Below are positions 60,617 to 64,000 of a stretch of 64,000 nt of DNA, piece after piece. This DNA is from Vicugna vicugna. Lineage: Eukaryota. Both the position numbers and the translations under genes were made by a program. Under the pieces are notes generated by a model. That model saw only the letters and a list, made by a program, of their open reading frames with translations. It was not told where the DNA came from and did no database searches. Numbering within the stretch: position 1 is the first letter of the stretch; every line of letters starts with the position of its first letter. The DNA is taken from contig MU058844.1 of assembly GCA_013265495.1 (NCBI GenBank), positions 12,918,184 through 12,982,183 of the forward strand, read 5' to 3'.

Positions 60617-62579
60617 AAAATTGTGACTCTCTAATACAAATACAAAATAAATGTATCAAAGATTTTATTTCACTCATTATTTAATGAGGAAACCAGTGAG
60701 AAGTAAAAACTGGTTCAAAGGAAAATCCAAAGGAAAAGTACATCTATAGGCAGTCAGGGATACTGAATTGAATTTACTAATAGATGCAAAATTGGCCTCT
60801 TCCAGAGTGGAAATTGATGCACCTTCATTGGACAAAGTTCACTTGTATTTCTAAAAATGGAATTATTTGCATCACCACCAGCCTTCTACAAGTTAATTTC
60901 AGTTTTTATAGACTTGCAAAATAATCAGGGACAATGAAAGACACAGATCCCTATAGAAATGGATAATACCAAAAGGGGCCTTTCTCCAGAGATTGTGTTT
61001 ACAAAGAATTCTATCTGTATAGCCTGATCCTCTACACAGGATCTACAGAATGGTTTAAATAGAAGTGAGATTTGAATAACGAATTTGAGAAACTTCCTGC
61101 TAAATAAGACTTACAAATTGCTGCCAAACTAAAGATATTCTTCTATTTTCATGCAGTCCCTCAACCCAATTCAGGGACATTGTGACAACACAATAACCCA
61201 TCTAAATTTTTAGTTTTCCTCATAAATTTTTATTAGGGCAGTTCATCTAGGCACTCTGGGAAACCTTGTCACAAGCCCTTGGCATCCCCACCTTGAGATG
61301 TATATGCAAATGGAGTGCTATCTCAGAGACTAGCATTTCTATAGGAAGAAGGAATAGGTTTAAGATTTCAAAATCAGACAAAACAGAGTATTTGAATATG
61401 GACTTATAGCCCCAATTAGGAAAGCTTGAAAATCATGATGAAAAAACTTAAAAACCAGCACCTTTGTTATCTGGCCCTCACTTGCTTCTTGAACACATTG
61501 TGCTTCCATTTGGATATTTCTTACTCATTTTTGCATCAGGAATCATGATGCACAGTTTTGGTTTGGGTAGGTGATAAAGAAAAATACTCATGTTCTGATG
61601 AGATGGCTCCTCAGAGCTCATGATAGATTTATTTACTCCTCTTTTGGGAGAAAAATATGGTCAAATAAGACAAGTTGAACACCTCACAACCAAATGGAAG
61701 ATCAGCCTCTTGGATAGCTTCCCCAGTCATAATTGTGAGAGAGTTGGAGACAAGAACTAAGACTCAGTGATTGCAAAGGCAAAGACAAAGGAAGGTCCAT
61801 TACAGGTCCAGGTGAAGGGACACCAGAGGAGTGAAGACTGAGAGGAGTCATCTAGGTCTGCCCTGTTTATTTTGCTTTCATCTTGGTCTAGGATGGCCCT
61901 CGAGGGTTTAAATACCAAAGTTGGTATTGAACGCACTAGTACAGGACTAGGGTCATTCTCTTATTCATCTCTTCATTCGTGTATATACTGAACTACAGCA
62001 ACTGTCATCTTGGTGCCCCTAAGTCCTCTAGTCTGTGTAGGTGCTTTCATATTTAACGTTTAAACAAAAATGGCTTGAGTACCTAACTTACATGCCATGG
62101 AGAGTTCAGTGCTTTTCCCACAATTTCTGCAGACCCCAAGGGGATTGACTGTGCTCACTCTTTGCTCAGATGTTTTAGTCCTGCTATATTCTCAACCCCC
62201 CTTACATTCCACTTCCTCTAGTTCTTCCCTTTCTCCATCCGTTGTCTCCTTAGAAGGGAAAAATAACACATTTTTCTCTAATTTCCTCACTGATACAATT
62301 TCATGTGTAGCAAACATTTACAGAAGTTTGGAATAACTTTTGAAATAGTTTTACAATGCCAGACAGTAGAGCAAACAATTTACAATAAAGCATACCTCTT
62401 CTTAAAACCCTTGGGGAAAAAAAGATGAAGTAAGTGTGGCAAAAAGTTGATAAAGTCTAAAATGAGATGGTTACGTAGGGTTAATTTTTCCATTTTTGCC
62501 ATTTTTACCTATTATAAAGTTTTCATAACAAGAGTTTAAACAAATATACTAGTCATGGGGCCATGGACAATATTTTGCT

Positions 62580-63030
62580 GTCAGAGTTAGGGTAAAGGCA
62601 GAGCTGCCACGTCAAAGTCTCCAAAATACAGAGGTTAATGATATAGATGATTAGACGTTTATTTCACTCTCAGAACAGCTGACTCCTCACAGTCAGGCAG
62701 ATTTCCACACACCTTCCATCATGTTTCCCTGCCTTCCCCTAGGGCCTTGTCCTTGACTGCACAGTCAAAGCTGGGCTGCAGACAAGTCTGTGTGACCATT
62801 CACAGAGAAGACAAAAGAGTGGAAATGCAGGCCAATTACATTCTTGCTCAGCAAGTGAACAGAAGTCACACATGTCACTTCTACTCATGTACCAGAGTCA
62901 GAGGGCCACACCTAGCCACAAGAGTGACTAGAAAACGCAGCTTCTAACTAGGTGGCCGTAGGCACAAATAAACTCTGTTCCTCTGGAAGAAGAGAAGGTG
63001 GCTCTTGGCAGACACCTAATAGGCTCCCCG
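62580..63030 (-). mobile_element. Old MLT1 LTR relic
   Basis: gtttatttcactctca...gaagtcacacatgtcacttctactca...ggccacacctagccacaag. Confidence 0.55.
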
Positions 63031-63141
63031 CACCATCTGTCTCCTTCTGCAGGATCCCGGGCCTCCCTCCTTGGGATGGGGCTTCTGTGTTCCCTCATCC
63101 CTCCCTCATCCCCAGCTTCCAACATCTATATGATACCCATT

Positions 63142-63233
63142 TGTTATGAGTGAGTTGTGCCCCTCCCCATTCGTATACTGAAGTTCTAACCACCAGTACC
63201 TCAGAATGTGACTGCATTTGGAGAAAGGGTCTT
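63142..63233 (+). mobile_element. MLT1A/B LTR 5' end, interrupted by L1
   Basis: tgttatgagtgagttgtgccc...cagtacctcagaatgtgactgcatttggagaaagggtcttt. Confidence 0.8.
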
Positions 63234-64000
63234 TTATTAAACAGCTTTATTGAGCAGTAATTAGTATACAAAAAACTGCCAAAAGTTTCCTCCTGCCCCC
63301 CTCCTTATGTGTGTGTGTGTGCACAGTAATAACACTAAATTTGAGATCTACCCTCTTAACAGATCTTTCAGTGTACAGTATTGTTAACTACAGGCACTGT
63401 GTTGTACAGCAGATCTCCAAAATGTGTTCATCTTGCATAACTGAAATTTTATACCTATCAAACAACAGCTCCCCATTTCCTCCTCCCCCCAGCCCCTGGT
63501 ACCATTCCACTTTCTGTTTCTATGAGTATGACTATTTTAGATACTTTATATAAGTGAGATCATAATGAGTTATCACCTCACACCTGTTAGGATGGCTGTT
63601 ATCAAAAACACAAAAGACAAGTGTTGGTGAGGATGTGGAGAAACTGAAACCCTTGTGTACGTTGTTGGTGGGAATGTAAAATTGTGCAGCTGTTATGGAA
63701 AACAGTATGGATGTTCCTCAAAAAAATTTAAAATAGAACTACCATACAATCCAGCAATCTCACTTCTGAGTGTATGTCCAGAAGAATTGGCATCAGGATC
63801 TCAGAGATATCTGCACTTCTATGTTCATTGTGGCATTATTCCCAATAGCCAAAATATAGAAACTATCTAAATGTCCATTGATGGATGAATAGATAAAGAA
63901 AATGTGGTATATACATACAATGGAATATTATTCTGCCTTAAAAAGTAAGGAAATTCTACAATATGCAACAACTAAGTCCAGGTTCCTATGGATGAAACTG
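63234..64000 (-). mobile_element. L1MA-type element with inversion (3'UTR antisense to ~63563, ORF2 end sense afterwards); runs off the window
   Basis: acagctttattgag...ataagtgagatcat, then aatgagttatcacctcacacctgttaggatggct...atggaatattattctgcc. Confidence 0.85.

Noticed and set aside
60630..61330. Stretch that may be an old retroelement interior
   Set aside because: I could not assign a family or a reading frame from the sequence alone; needs Dfam
1..64000. CRISPR arrays, operons, defence systems, intact viral genes
   Set aside because: No repeat-spacer structure; the only long ORF is BBS10 exon 2; the window is intron-exon mammalian DNA

Overview
This is mammalian genomic DNA, most likely from a camelid, judged from a tRNA-derived vic-1-like SINE and young cetartiodactyl-type L1 3' ends. 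It is not prokaryotic or viral. The + strand carries the last 18 coding exons of OSBPL8/ORP8 (1833-31217; 2304 nt, 767 codons plus stop; all GT-AG with consistent phases). These encode the PH domain, an acidic linker, the OSBP-related domain with EQVSHHPP, and the C-terminal transmembrane anchor; the 5' exons lie outside the window. A ~4.1 kb 3'UTR follows. About 2 kb further on are a CpG-island promoter and the complete two-exon BBS10 gene (37334-37518 + 37951-39916, 716 aa chaperonin-like protein). The remaining ~22 kb is intergenic and rich in MIR, L2, L1, MaLR/ERVL LTR and DNA-transposon relics. I found no CRISPR array, operon or clearly new gene system. The best leads, all hypotheses, are: a phase-compatible OSBPL8-BBS10 read-through fusion; an unclassified, highly structured 190-bp insertion splitting a MIR; a candidate poison exon after the PH domain; an inverted L1 pair inside one intron; and a GC-box minisatellite in the BBS10 promoter. 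Repeat family names and comparisons with human proteins come from recalled consensus sequences, not from a search, and repeat boundaries are approximate.
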